In this document: one piece after another, positions 9,578-19,934 of the stretch | Layout: each line of letters starts with the position of its first letter | How positions within the stretch are numbered: the first letter of the stretch is position 1 | DNA from: an uncultured Ignavibacteriales bacterium | Lineage (GTDB): Bacteria > Zixibacteria > MSB-5A5 > GN15 > FEB-12 | Length of the DNA stretch: 64,000 nucleotides | NCBI GenBank assembly: GCA_964464605.1 | Contig: CAYXJN010000005.1 | Coordinates: 1-64,000 of the forward strand | Direction of reading: 5' to 3' | Made by a program: the position numbers and the translations under genes | The notes under the pieces: generated by a model | Databases searched by the model: none | What the model was told of the DNA's origin: nothing | Seen by the model: the letters and a program-made list of their open reading frames with translations, nothing else

Positions 9578-9824
9578 TGCGGCTCCCGTTTTGCCGAGGG
9601 AGAACGTCATGTCGTGTGCCGCTTGTTGCTTCTTACGTACTAACCAATGCTTCAAGCCAAATGCAGAGTCATTTGGAAACGATTAACGAAAGGATCTTTC
9701 GCATGCTTGCTTCGTTGTCTGACGAAGCAGGATAACATCAGTGAACACCCGACGGATCGTGCTTCCTGTGACTATGGGAAGGGAAGCAGCGCGGCGCGAC
9801 ACCTTGGGAAATGTCGGAGGTATT
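9578..9824 (+). ncRNA. candidate structured cis-regulatory 5' leader, copy 2
   Basis: Homologous to 6875-7126; ends in a GGAGG SD before the ATG at 9825. Confidence 0.6.
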
Positions 9825-12110
9825 ATGAAAGGGAAATGGGTCCGCTTGACACGGTTTGTCGAGCACGGGTTCATCATCGCAGGCTTGGGAGGGATACTCA
9901 TCGGAGGGAGTTTCGAGTCGGTACATGCGTCCCGACGCACCATTTCATCGCTTCCGTTCACCGCTTCTGTGAACAACGATACGATTGATCTTGCGGGCAC
10001 AAAAGTGATCTCAAGTTCAAGCGGTATTCGGGTAACGGCATCAAACGTGGTGCTGAATTTAGGATCGGACACTATTGCGTTTAGCAGTGGATCCGGTGTC
10101 AGTATTGAGGGTGCGCATTTTGTAAAGGTGCTGGGAGGCACGGTTATAAAGTCAGCCGTATCCGGATCAAGCGCACGGGGGATGACGGTCAATAATGCGC
10201 ATGACCTGTTCGTGTCAGGCACCAAGCTGATCGTGAACGGCCACAACGCGCAATGCGTCAATGTCGTCGGGGGATCAAGCAGCACCTACAACCTGAATTT
10301 TGACGGTGGTGAATGGCGGAACAATTCCGAATCATTTACCAGCCGTGAAACCTACTCGGGCGCGGTGTTCTACAGTGGATCGTTTCCTGCAACCGCAGGG
10401 CTCTACGATGTCCGTATCGCCAATGTCAATATCACCAACGGTCCCTGTCAGGGGATTATTGTGAAGGGGGAATTTGTCATCGAGAACTGCCGCATAACCA
10501 CCGATGCCCGCAATGTCTACTGGGACAGCGTGTATCTGTGGAATAACATCCAGGCTCCGGTGGGCTCATCGGCTGATAATTCATACCTGATTCTCTGCCG
10601 CAACGGTGAACCGGGGACGATTATCCGCAACAACACCCTCGTTTCCGGAACGCAGTACGGCGGCAGCCGCGGTATCATGCTTGAGAACTGCGCCGGAACA
10701 CCGACCAATCCGATTGAAGTGTACAACAACCACTGTACGATTCACGCGGGTCCATCCGGTGAAAATCTAAGAGGCGTTGCGCGGGTTATCCGTATGCGCG
10801 CTATAGATGGCGGTGCAACCAGGTATGTTCGCATCCATGACAATACGTTCATCGGTATCGCGGATAATAATCCTACGACGAAAGCGATCGGTGAGGATGT
10901 CGCAGTGATGAATCTGGGGTTTCCATCATCGTCCGATACCTGCTATGTAGAACGAAATCGTTTTATTGCGAAATCGACGACAAGCGGAACGAAAACCAAA
11001 GCGTGTGAATCGACCTATAACGGTTCCAGCTTTGCGCACGTTGTTCGAAACAACTATTTCAGCAGCAGTTCGACGATTATCTATTTGGGTGATGAGTACA
11101 ACGGGATGGGCACAAGCCGTTTCCGTTTCCGTGGCGACACACTTACTTTCGATCCTGACTACACCTTTAGTAAAAAGACGTGGTATATTGGATACGGCGG
11201 TAACAATTCACTCGATAACATCGCCATCGACTGCAAATTCGTGAACGGCGCTTCGGATACCAACATTGTCTGGTATGCGACCAGCGGCAGCAACGAAATG
11301 ACGCTGGCGCGCACGGTGGATGTGCTCGTTCGCGGCAACAATGCGCTTCCGGTTTCCGGTGCAACTGTTACGGTGAAAAACAACTACGGTCAAACTGTGT
11401 TAGCCGGAACAACGGCTGCAAATGGCCGTGTGAGCGGGCAGGCTACTTACTGGTATGCAGCCGATGATACCGCTGATTCGACTAACTTCAGCAATTTTTC
11501 GTTGAAAGTGAAAAAAGGAAACGATAGCGCGACGGTATCGTTTGCGGTAAATGCCAATTCTGCAGCGCCGACAGCGACTTTGCAAAACACGCCGGGCAGT
11601 GGAAGCGGCGGCAGTAACACGGTTCCGACTGTGCCGGTGCCGGTTTCACCGATAAACGGTGCTTCGGTTACCGCGATGCCGGTTCGGTTGACTGTGGCGA
11701 ACTCGATTGATGCGAACAATGATCCGGTGAGATATGATTTCTGGATCAGTACCAACTCTTCGTTTACGCAGATTGTGGATTCTGTCAAAAATCTGTCGGC
11801 CGGTTCAGGGCAAACGCAAGCGATCTTCACTTCGTTTGTTCCGGTTGAAGGCACGACCTACTGGTGGCGAGCACGGGCAGGGGATGGTATCGGCTGGTCG
11901 AGTACCTCAGCTCCGGCTACTTTCACGTATACCTGCACCATCTCGGCGTCGATAGCGACATTGACCGGGTTGGTTTCGTATATGTTCAACGGCGGTCCGC
12001 AGCCGTCACGAACTGATTGGAATGGTGACGGCGCAACAACCGTTATGGACCTTTCCTTTATAGTTTCATATCTGTTTAACAACGGCCCTTCACCCTCATG
12101 TGATAATTAG
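9825..12110 (+). CDS. secreted beta-helix protein with C-terminal dockerin-like domain (paralog B)
   Basis: Start reassigned to MKGKWVRLTR by homology with paralog A and the GGAGG SD. Same architecture; tail DWNGDGATTVMDLSFIVSYLFNNGPSPSC. Confidence 0.8.
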   Translation: MKGKWVRLTRFVEHGFIIAGLGGILIGGSFESVHASRRTISSLPFTASVNNDTIDLAGTKVISSSSGIRVTASNVVLNLGSDTIAFSSGSGVSIEGAHFVKVLGGTVIKSAVSGSSARGMTVNNAHDLFVSGTKLIVNGHNAQCVNVVGGSSSTYNLNFDGGEWRNNSESFTSRETYSGAVFYSGSFPATAGLYDVRIANVNITNGPCQGIIVKGEFVIENCRITTDARNVYWDSVYLWNNIQAPVGSSADNSYLILCRNGEPGTIIRNNTLVSGTQYGGSRGIMLENCAGTPTNPIEVYNNHCTIHAGPSGENLRGVARVIRMRAIDGGATRYVRIHDNTFIGIADNNPTTKAIGEDVAVMNLGFPSSSDTCYVERNRFIAKSTTSGTKTKACESTYNGSSFAHVVRNNYFSSSSTIIYLGDEYNGMGTSRFRFRGDTLTFDPDYTFSKKTWYIGYGGNNSLDNIAIDCKFVNGASDTNIVWYATSGSNEMTLARTVDVLVRGNNALPVSGATVTVKNNYGQTVLAGTTAANGRVSGQATYWYAADDTADSTNFSNFSLKVKKGNDSATVSFAVNANSAAPTATLQNTPGSGSGGSNTVPTVPVPVSPINGASVTAMPVRLTVANSIDANNDPVRYDFWISTNSSFTQIVDSVKNLSAGSGQTQAIFTSFVPVEGTTYWWRARAGDGIGWSSTSAPATFTYTCTISASIATLTGLVSYMFNGGPQPSRTDWNGDGATTVMDLSFIVSYLFNNGPSPSCDN

Positions 12111-12324
12111 GCGTTTTCTGTATTTGTGACGATTGTCTGCAACGACGAGCGGGATATTCAGTGATGAATACCCGCTTTTTTTAAAAAATGGCTGGAACTT
12201 GCCTGAAAAACGATGGTAAAAATTCTCGTTTTTGCCTAAGTCCGGTTGTCTTGACAAATATGGATACCGGAGTATATGTTTCACGCCGCCTGAAGAGACA
12301 GAGTGATTACGTAGTGTGAGGTAA

Positions 12325-13080
12325 TTGAAAAGTTTCGGTATGCAAACAACGATGATTGAAGCAAGTGGGCTGAGTAAGTACTACTCCTCATTTGTCGCTA
12401 TAAAGGATATCACCTTCTCGATTCCCAAAGGGCAGATTGTCGCTTTCCTTGGCCCGAACGGTGCCGGGAAATCTACCACCATGAAAATTTTGACCGGATT
12501 TTTGGCCCCGAGCGAAGGGAAAGCGCAGATCGGTGGGGTCGATGTCATAGCCAATCGTCTGGAAGCCTCCCGCAAAATCGGCTATCTGCCGGAAAACGGC
12601 CCACTGTATGCAGAAATGACTCCGGCCGAACTCTTAAGCTTCTTCGGTGAAATTCGCGGAATGAGCGAGGGGGAATTAAAACGCAGACGGGAAGTGGTTT
12701 ATGCGACCTGTGCGCTTGAGCAGGTTATCGATAAACCGATCGGTAAACTCTCCAAAGGATATCGCCAGCGTGTCGGGTTGGCGCAGGCGCTTTTACATGA
12801 TCCAGAAGTGCTCATTATGGATGAACCGACGGCCGGGCTTGATCCGAACCAGATTCAGGATTTCCGCGCCCATATTACCGCCTTGGGGCAATCGAAAACG
12901 ATCATGATTTCCACACACATTCTTCAGGAAGTGGAAGCAGTCGCGCATCGTGTCCTTTTGGTGAATGAGGGACGGCTTGTATTCGACGGTACACCAGCTG
13001 ATCTACGCACTCACGGCTCTCTCACCGATGCCTTCCATAAATTAACGCGCAGTTTCGTTGCGGGTGAAAGCTCGCTATGA
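12325..13080 (+). CDS. ABC transporter ATP-binding protein (GldA-like)
   Basis: [17 protein letters not shown] signature and DEPT. Confidence 0.9.
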   Translation: MKSFGMQTTMIEASGLSKYYSSFVAIKDITFSIPKGQIVAFLGPNGAGKSTTMKILTGFLAPSEGKAQIGGVDVIANRLEASRKIGYLPENGPLYAEMTPAELLSFFGEIRGMSEGELKRRREVVYATCALEQVIDKPIGKLSKGYRQRVGLAQALLHDPEVLIMDEPTAGLDPNQIQDFRAHITALGQSKTIMISTHILQEVEAVAHRVLLVNEGRLVFDGTPADLRTHGSLTDAFHKLTRSFVAGESSL

Positions 13081-15740
13081 ACATTAACTGGAAAGTAGTG
13101 CAGGCGATTGTTCGCCGGGAAGTACGCTCGTATTTCAGCAGCCCGACCGGGTATGTGTTTATCACGCTCTTTATATTTTTGAGCGCCGCTGCCGCGTTTT
13201 GGCAGGAACGTTTCTTCGCGAATAATTTGGCCAATCTCGATCAACTCAACGGCGTATTGCCGTTTTTACTTCTGTTTTTTGTCCCCGCGATTACCATGAA
13301 TATCTGGTCGGAAGAACGAAGACAAGGGACAGATGAACTGCTGTTTACGCTTCCGGCAACTGATTTGGAAATCGTGCTCGGAAAATATCTTTCCTCGGTT
13401 GTCGTTTATTCCACTGCGCTGGCGATTTCACTGAGCCATGTGTTAGTGCTGTTTTGGCTCGGAAGCCCGGATATCGGGCTGATGTTTGCCAATTATCTGG
13501 GAGCATGGTTGGTCGGAGGAGCCTTTATCGCGATCGGCATGACCGCATCGGCATTGACCACGAATGCCACCGTCGCATTTGTTCTTGGCGCGGTGTTCTG
13601 TTCATTCTTTGTGTTTGTTACCTCCGGAGATTGGGTCTTCAGCGCCGGGTTCCAGCATATGCTCGCCCCACTTGGTATTATTGCTGCATTCCGTGATTTT
13701 GCCGGTGGTGTGGTCAGTCTTTTTGGTTTGATTTATTTCCTCTCGGTTTGCGGGTTTTTTGTCTACTGTAATGTGCTTTTGGTCGGTCGGCGCAGAATAC
13801 AGGCGGCGCAAACCGGAAAACTGATGACACACCAGCTCATTCGCCTGGGTGCGTTGGCGGTTGCGTTAGTTAGTTTTAATGTTATCCTGTTCCATCACGG
13901 ATTCCGGCTTGATGTTACCGCCGAGCAGCTGCATTCCCTTTCCGATCAAACAGAAAAACTTATCGATGATCTTCCCGCAGACAAACCGGTCTTAGTGCAG
14001 GCGTTTATCAGCCCGGAAGTTCCGCGTGATTATGTCGAAACACGGGCGAATTTGGTCAGCAAACTTAATGAAATTTCCGCAATCGGCGGCGATAAAGTAC
14101 AGGTTTTGATTCATAACACAGAACCGTTTACCCAGGAAGCGCGGGATGCACGTGAAAAATTCGGTATCGTTCCCCGTTCTGCAACAGCATCGGATGCCGC
14201 CCGCGCCACGCAGGTTCCGGTCTATATGGGTGTTGCCTTCACCAGTGGTGCGGCAGAACAGGTTATTCCCTTTTTTGACCGGGGATTGCCGGTTGAATAT
14301 GAATTAGTACGCAGTATTCGCGTGGCGGCGCAAACCGGTCGAAAGAAAATCGGTGTCGTGACAACATCTGCAAAACTGTTCGGCAGCTTCGAATTCGAAA
14401 CAATGCAATCCCAGCAGGGCTGGTCGATTGTTGAAGAACTTCGCAAGCAATACGAAGTTGTTGAAGTAGCGCTGAATCAGCCGGTCGAAGGAGTTGATGG
14501 ACTGTTGGTTGTGCTGCCTTCCTCACTCTCTGACGATGAGATGCGCGTTCTGCAAAATTATATGCTAAGCGGCGGACCGACGCTTCTGCTTGAAGATCCG
14601 GTACCGTTATTTAATGTTGGCCTTTCCCCAAATTTACCGACCGGTGCGGATCGCAACCCGTTCCAGCGCGGTCAACAGCAGCCGCCCAAAGAAAAAGGTA
14701 ATCTTACTGACCTGATGAGCAGTTTGGGTGTGGTCTTTACGCCGACGCAAGTCGTGTGGGATGCGTACAACCCGCATCCGGATTTAGCGCAATTACAACC
14801 GGAGATAATTTTTGCATCCTCCGGCAACGAAACGGTGGAAGCATTCAATCCCGAAAACCCGGTCACGGCCGGATTGCAAGAGGTCGTGCTGTTGTATTCG
14901 GGACATCTATTCAAAGCGACGAATACCACCTTTACGTTTGAACCGCTTATCCGTACGGGTCGCTTGTCCGGGGTTGTTCCGTTCAGCCAGGTGGTGCAAA
15001 GCAACTATTTCGGGTTAGGGTTTAGTATCAACCGTAATCTTCCACGAACGCCGTCGGAAGAAAGCTATATTCTTGCCGCGTATGTTCATGGTACTTCCGG
15101 CGAAGCGCAGGGCAGTGACGCACACCAAAAAGTGAATGCGGTTGTTGTTTCCGACATCGACTGTATTTCCGAACAGTTTTTTCAGATTCGGGCACAGGGA
15201 ATGCAGAATCTGAATTTGGATAATGTTACGTTTGTGCTCAACTGTATGGATATGCTGTTGGGTGACAGTTCTTTTATCGATCTCCGCAAAAAACGGGTCA
15301 AGCATCGCACTTTAGCCTCCGTCGAAGCACAGACGCGTGATTTTGTGACCAAGCGAATGGAAGAAGAAAAAGCGACAGAAGCCAAAGCGCAGGAAGCCTT
15401 AAGCGATGCACAAAAGCGGCTGACTGAACGGGTAATGGAAGTGCGCAACCGCGTTGATCTGGATGAACAAACCAAAGCGATCATGGCCAATAATCTGCAG
15501 GAAGTGGAAAATCGCCGGTTTGAAACGGTGAAGGCGAATATCGAAGCGGAAAAGAATGCTTCCGTTCAGGAAAGCAAAGAGAACATGGAAACCGCTATCC
15601 GGTCCATTCAGACCAGAATTAAAGCGTTGGCCGTTCTTCTGCCACCGGTTCCGGTGTTGGTCATGGGCATACTGATTTTCGCGCGGCGTCGTAAAAAAGA
15701 ACAGGAAGGGGAGGCGCTTTCGCGGCGGCTGCGAAGCTAA
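13077..15740 (+). CDS. fused ABC-2 permease (GldF-like) and GldG-like auxiliary domain
   Basis: [20 protein letters not shown] and multiple TM helices, followed by [13 protein letters not shown], a periplasmic domain, a coiled coil and a C-terminal TM. Confidence 0.85.
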   Translation: MNINWKVVQAIVRREVRSYFSSPTGYVFITLFIFLSAAAAFWQERFFANNLANLDQLNGVLPFLLLFFVPAITMNIWSEERRQGTDELLFTLPATDLEIVLGKYLSSVVVYSTALAISLSHVLVLFWLGSPDIGLMFANYLGAWLVGGAFIAIGMTASALTTNATVAFVLGAVFCSFFVFVTSGDWVFSAGFQHMLAPLGIIAAFRDFAGGVVSLFGLIYFLSVCGFFVYCNVLLVGRRRIQAAQTGKLMTHQLIRLGALAVALVSFNVILFHHGFRLDVTAEQLHSLSDQTEKLIDDLPADKPVLVQAFISPEVPRDYVETRANLVSKLNEISAIGGDKVQVLIHNTEPFTQEARDAREKFGIVPRSATASDAARATQVPVYMGVAFTSGAAEQVIPFFDRGLPVEYELVRSIRVAAQTGRKKIGVVTTSAKLFGSFEFETMQSQQGWSIVEELRKQYEVVEVALNQPVEGVDGLLVVLPSSLSDDEMRVLQNYMLSGGPTLLLEDPVPLFNVGLSPNLPTGADRNPFQRGQQQPPKEKGNLTDLMSSLGVVFTPTQVVWDAYNPHPDLAQLQPEIIFASSGNETVEAFNPENPVTAGLQEVVLLYSGHLFKATNTTFTFEPLIRTGRLSGVVPFSQVVQSNYFGLGFSINRNLPRTPSEESYILAAYVHGTSGEAQGSDAHQKVNAVVVSDIDCISEQFFQIRAQGMQNLNLDNVTFVLNCMDMLLGDSSFIDLRKKRVKHRTLASVEAQTRDFVTKRMEEEKATEAKAQEALSDAQKRLTERVMEVRNRVDLDEQTKAIMANNLQEVENRRFETVKANIEAEKNASVQESKENMETAIRSIQTRIKALAVLLPPVPVLVMGILIFARRRKKEQEGEALSRRLRS

Positions 15741-15746
15741 CAAGCT

Positions 15747-17114
15747 ATGAACGAAACAAAAACTACCGTTTGGTTTGCCGCTGTTGCCGTTGCGCTTGCC
15801 GTGCTGGCTTGGGTGTTGTCACCAAAGCCGATTACGCCGAATGAATTTCGTGACCAGGGGGAACAGTTCTATCCAAATTTCACTGATCCGAATAGCGCAA
15901 CCACCTTGGAAGTTGTCGAGTTCGATTCGACAACCGCATCCGCGCGTCCATTCAAAGTGACGTTCAAAAACGGAAAGTGGACGATCCCATCGCATCATGA
16001 TTATCCCGCTGACGGTAAAGACCGCTTGGCCAAAACAGCTGCCGGTGTGATTGATTTGAAAAAGGATGATATCCGTTCCGACAATGTTGCCGACCATGAA
16101 GCATTGGGAGTTATCGACCCGCTTGATCAAACAGGTTCATTCACCGGCCGTGGTGCGCGGGTGACGCTGCGGAATGCCGAAAATAATGTGCTGGCTGATT
16201 TCATTATCGGTCGCCCGGTGCCGGGGCGGGATGGATTCCGCTTTGTTCGCATTCCGGATCAAAAACGAGTCTACGCGGTGCGGATGAATCTTGATATTTC
16301 CACTCGGTTCGCTGACTGGATTAACGCCGACCTGCTTGAGTTGGACAAAGGAAATGTCAGTGAGGTTCTGTTGAGAGATTATTCGATCAATGAAATGACG
16401 CTTTCCTTGGATCAACGGGATAACATCACCTTAACAAAAACGAGCGATGGCACCTGGAAAGCTGACAAGATGAAGAGTAATCAGCTAATCGATACCACCA
16501 CCATGCAGTCGATGTTGAACACGCTTGATGAACTTAGCATTGTCGGCATTCGCTCGAAACCAGCCGGATTGTCGGCGACATTAAAAGCAACCGATGGCCG
16601 TTCCAGTATTACCCAGCAGGACATGCTTTCGCTGCGTGAAAAAGGGTTCTTTATCGCCCGTGACGGCCAGTTGCTGTCAAATGAAGGAGAGCTGCGCTGC
16701 AAGACAGACTTGGGCTTCTCCTATATCCTCCGTTTTGGTGAAGTTGCCTATGGTTCCGGTGAAGAGTTAACGGCCGGTACCGTTACTACGGAGAACACTA
16801 ACCCTGCCGCAGCCAAAGCGGCAGAGAATCGATATCTGTTCGTAACGGTCGAGTTTGATCCCGCGTTTCTGAAAGAGCCGAAGAAGCCGTCGAATATGAA
16901 CTTCGAAGGGAAACCGGACTCACTGCTAACTGATGAGGACAAAACGAATCGGGATTTGCAGAGCCATTACGATGCCTGGAATCGGCTTTCCGAAAACGGC
17001 CGCCAGCGCGCACAGGAACTCAATGCCCGGTTTGCTGATTGGTATTATGTTATTCCCGCCGCAAGCTTCGACAAACTGCATCTGAAGCGGAAAGACGTTG
17101 TCGTTTCCAAATAG
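15747..17114 (+). CDS. DUF4340-like periplasmic partner of the Gld-type ABC system
   Basis: N-terminal TM, W-x(5)-YPAD motif, and position after GldG-like gene. Confidence 0.7.
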   Translation: MNETKTTVWFAAVAVALAVLAWVLSPKPITPNEFRDQGEQFYPNFTDPNSATTLEVVEFDSTTASARPFKVTFKNGKWTIPSHHDYPADGKDRLAKTAAGVIDLKKDDIRSDNVADHEALGVIDPLDQTGSFTGRGARVTLRNAENNVLADFIIGRPVPGRDGFRFVRIPDQKRVYAVRMNLDISTRFADWINADLLELDKGNVSEVLLRDYSINEMTLSLDQRDNITLTKTSDGTWKADKMKSNQLIDTTTMQSMLNTLDELSIVGIRSKPAGLSATLKATDGRSSITQQDMLSLREKGFFIARDGQLLSNEGELRCKTDLGFSYILRFGEVAYGSGEELTAGTVTTENTNPAAAKAAENRYLFVTVEFDPAFLKEPKKPSNMNFEGKPDSLLTDEDKTNRDLQSHYDAWNRLSENGRQRAQELNARFADWYYVIPAASFDKLHLKRKDVVVSK

Positions 17115-17394
17115 CTTAAGTTTCCCGTCTAATCTCAAAAGGTGGTATACTCACCCATTGTTCCGGACCGAAAAACAGTGCCGGGCATTTCAAGGGTAGT
17201 GATAATTTCTTGATAGAAAAGTAGATAACAAGTAAATATCGGGCAAAACGAATTCTTTTTATCCCTTTTCGAAAAATGATTTGTGATTTTATTCACATAT
17301 AATCCTTGACAAAATCTACCGTCATTCATATGTCTTGGGGTGATTCGAGCTAAGTTTTGCTATAGATGTTAGTCATTGATTGAGAGGATGCTTT

Positions 17395-19854
17395 ATGAAA
17401 CAGTTCGCATATACAACTTTGCAGGTCTGCATTATCGCCTTGTTTTTTTCAGCAGCCGGTTCGCTCTCGGTATCGGCACATGAGTTCAGGGGGAAAATTC
17501 GCAATGCTGTCGACCAAAGCGCAGTTATCAATGCGACGGTTATGCTTGAAACCGGGAAATCAAAATACAGTATACCGTCGGATGATGCGGGGAGATTTCA
17601 GATAACTGGTCAGGATGATGATAGTATTATTGTTACCGTAAGTTGTCTGGGCTTTGCAACTGCGCGGAATATCGTGTTGCGTTCGCAAGAAGAGAATCTG
17701 GTCGAACTGGTACCGACAACTATAACGCTTGGTTCGCTGGTCGTGACCGCGAAGCGCTATGAGAAAAATGCATATAAAGTATCACAGCCGATCGCCGCAC
17801 TCTCCGGCGAAGAACTGACCCAAAATGGGACAACAACCATTCCATCGGCGTTGCAACAATTTCCTGGCGTTGACATAACCGATGCCGGACCGTTTCGCGC
17901 ACGGCCGGTTATTCGCGGGTTGTACGGTAATCGCATACTCGTTCTGGTCGACGGTGAGCGGCTGAATGATTTCCGTGAAAGCAATAACTTTGCTGGTGTT
18001 TCACTCTCGCTGGTCGACGCAAACGAAGTTGAACGGGTCGAAGTAGTCAACGGACCGACTTCCGTATTATACGGCTCCGATGCTATGGGTGGCGTGGTGA
18101 ACATCATTACGAAGAGAAATTCGTTTACTCCCACACTTAAGCCGGTCGCTTCCTATCGTGGACAGTATTCCTCGGCAAATGATCTCAGTTCGAATCGGTT
18201 TGATCTCGGATTTTCATCGGATCAGTTTTCGGGACAGATAGGCTACCAATACCGCGAGGCGAACACCGAGTACCAACCGCCCGACGGCTGGAATAGCAAC
18301 CCCCACTTTTCCGTTTATCACCCTTCTTTTTACGATAGCCTGAACGCAGAGCGCGGTACGAATTTTACAAACGAACGATTGGTGAACTCCCGTGCGCGGA
18401 TCAATAATTATGACGGTAAACTTGCGTTCAAAATTGACCAAAACAACCGCCTTGATGCCGACCTTGGATATTTTCGGGGGAATGATATCGGTTATCCGGG
18501 TGTTCCGAACGCCGCTACGCCGTATTTCTTTTTCTATCCTGAGCACAAGCGGCAGAATGTTTCCGTCAGCTATTCCGGCAGAAATCTGACCAGCCGTATG
18601 GCGCGGTTAGATAGTCGTTTGTTTTATCAGCGTATCGATAAGGAGTTTTACACTGATTTTCTGGAAAGTATCGTCATTCCGCTTGGTCCTCCCGGATCAC
18701 CGACACTGACGCCGCTCACGGTGCTCAACACAACGGAAGTGACAAAACTGGGCTGGAACTTTCAGGAACTCTATAACCTTTCCAAAGCAACGGCTTTTGC
18801 TTTTGGATTTGATTTGCTTCGTGAATCAATAGAGGGAGATAATGTAGAACGTTCCCGAATGGATGGAGCAGGGCCTCAGCCTATCTATGATGAACAAACA
18901 TCTTCTCCGGTTCCCCCGAATGACTGGATTTCAGTCGGGTTTTTTGGCTCCGTGGAAACGGAGATCGGAAAGCTTCAGACAACCATCAGTGGGCGCTATG
19001 ATAACTTCTGGATTGCGACGGAAAAATCGGACTTGTACGTCGATGATGAAGGGAATGAACTTCCGGCCACTGATGAACGATATGCATCCGTCAATGGTTC
19101 GCTTGGCCTTGTGTATCCACTGAGTCCGAAAGTAAATCTGCTGGCTAATCTCGGTACCGGGTACCGTGTTCCCAATGTGATTGAGCAGTTTTATTACGGT
19201 TCCGCTTCCGGTCGGGAAACACGTCCGAATGCAGATCTTGATCCTGAACAATCGGTTACCGTCGATCTGGGTGTCAAAGGAGTGCACCGGGAATTTGACT
19301 ATTCGTTAATCGGTTTTGTTAGCCGATTCGATAATTTTATCCAGTTCGCAAAGTTTGATTCGGTTCCGCAGGGACCCGGCCGTTACGAAATACTCTGGCG
19401 GCATGAAAATTTCGAGCAAGTAACGATAGCCGGTTTTGAAGCGAGTATTCAGATGCAGCTTGAGAATGGATTATACAGTACTTTGGGATTCACCTACCAG
19501 CATGGAACGTTGAATTCCGAAAACGACGAGCCGTTATTTGTTTCTCCAATTCGTACGACAGCGACACTGGGTTATCGTCATCGTTCCGGCCTGTTTAGCG
19601 AGTGTACCATCCGTCGAACGGAAAAACAAGATCGGATTCCGAAAGTCGCATATCTTGATGATGTCGCAACGAGAGAATTTACCGTTGTTGATGCGTCATT
19701 TGGGCTGAAGCTTTGGCAGAAGGTGAGTTTGACGCTTTCAGGAATGAATCTGTTCGACGAACTGTATGCTGAGCCGTTTAATGCGCGCGTTCCGGATAAT
19801 CCGATCCCGGAACCAGGACGACATTTTGTTATCAGCCTGTCCTCATCATTGTAG
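17395..19854 (+). CDS. TonB-dependent outer-membrane receptor with N-terminal carboxypeptidase-regulatory-like domain
   Basis: LVVTAKR, RPVIRGL, ERVEVVNGPTSVLYGSDAMGGVVNIITK plug signature and a beta-barrel C-terminus. Start taken at ATG 17395. Confidence 0.9.
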   Translation: MKQFAYTTLQVCIIALFFSAAGSLSVSAHEFRGKIRNAVDQSAVINATVMLETGKSKYSIPSDDAGRFQITGQDDDSIIVTVSCLGFATARNIVLRSQEENLVELVPTTITLGSLVVTAKRYEKNAYKVSQPIAALSGEELTQNGTTTIPSALQQFPGVDITDAGPFRARPVIRGLYGNRILVLVDGERLNDFRESNNFAGVSLSLVDANEVERVEVVNGPTSVLYGSDAMGGVVNIITKRNSFTPTLKPVASYRGQYSSANDLSSNRFDLGFSSDQFSGQIGYQYREANTEYQPPDGWNSNPHFSVYHPSFYDSLNAERGTNFTNERLVNSRARINNYDGKLAFKIDQNNRLDADLGYFRGNDIGYPGVPNAATPYFFFYPEHKRQNVSVSYSGRNLTSRMARLDSRLFYQRIDKEFYTDFLESIVIPLGPPGSPTLTPLTVLNTTEVTKLGWNFQELYNLSKATAFAFGFDLLRESIEGDNVERSRMDGAGPQPIYDEQTSSPVPPNDWISVGFFGSVETEIGKLQTTISGRYDNFWIATEKSDLYVDDEGNELPATDERYASVNGSLGLVYPLSPKVNLLANLGTGYRVPNVIEQFYYGSASGRETRPNADLDPEQSVTVDLGVKGVHREFDYSLIGFVSRFDNFIQFAKFDSVPQGPGRYEILWRHENFEQVTIAGFEASIQMQLENGLYSTLGFTYQHGTLNSENDEPLFVSPIRTTATLGYRHRSGLFSECTIRRTEKQDRIPKVAYLDDVATREFTVVDASFGLKLWQKVSLTLSGMNLFDELYAEPFNARVPDNPIPEPGRHFVISLSSSL

Positions 19855-19872
19855 TCTTTGATCCTTCAACAT

Positions 19873-19910
19873 GAAAAAGGACCCGGGTGTAAACTCGGGT
19901 CCTTTTCTTT
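19873..19910. terminator. bidirectional intrinsic terminator
   Basis: AAAAAGGACCCGGG-tgtaaa-CTCGGGTCCTTTT between convergent genes. Confidence 0.85.
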
Positions 19911-19934
19911 GTGTCTCGGTAAATTTGTCCCGCA

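Noticed and set aside
9741..9824. N-terminal extension of paralog B given in the ORF track
   Set aside because: Homology with paralog A and the GGAGG SD point to ATG 9825; this stretch is part of the leader.
17115..17394. Cobalamin riboswitch or Fur box upstream of the first TonB receptor
   Set aside because: The region is AT-rich with a TTGACA, but I see no B12 box and no convincing palindrome.
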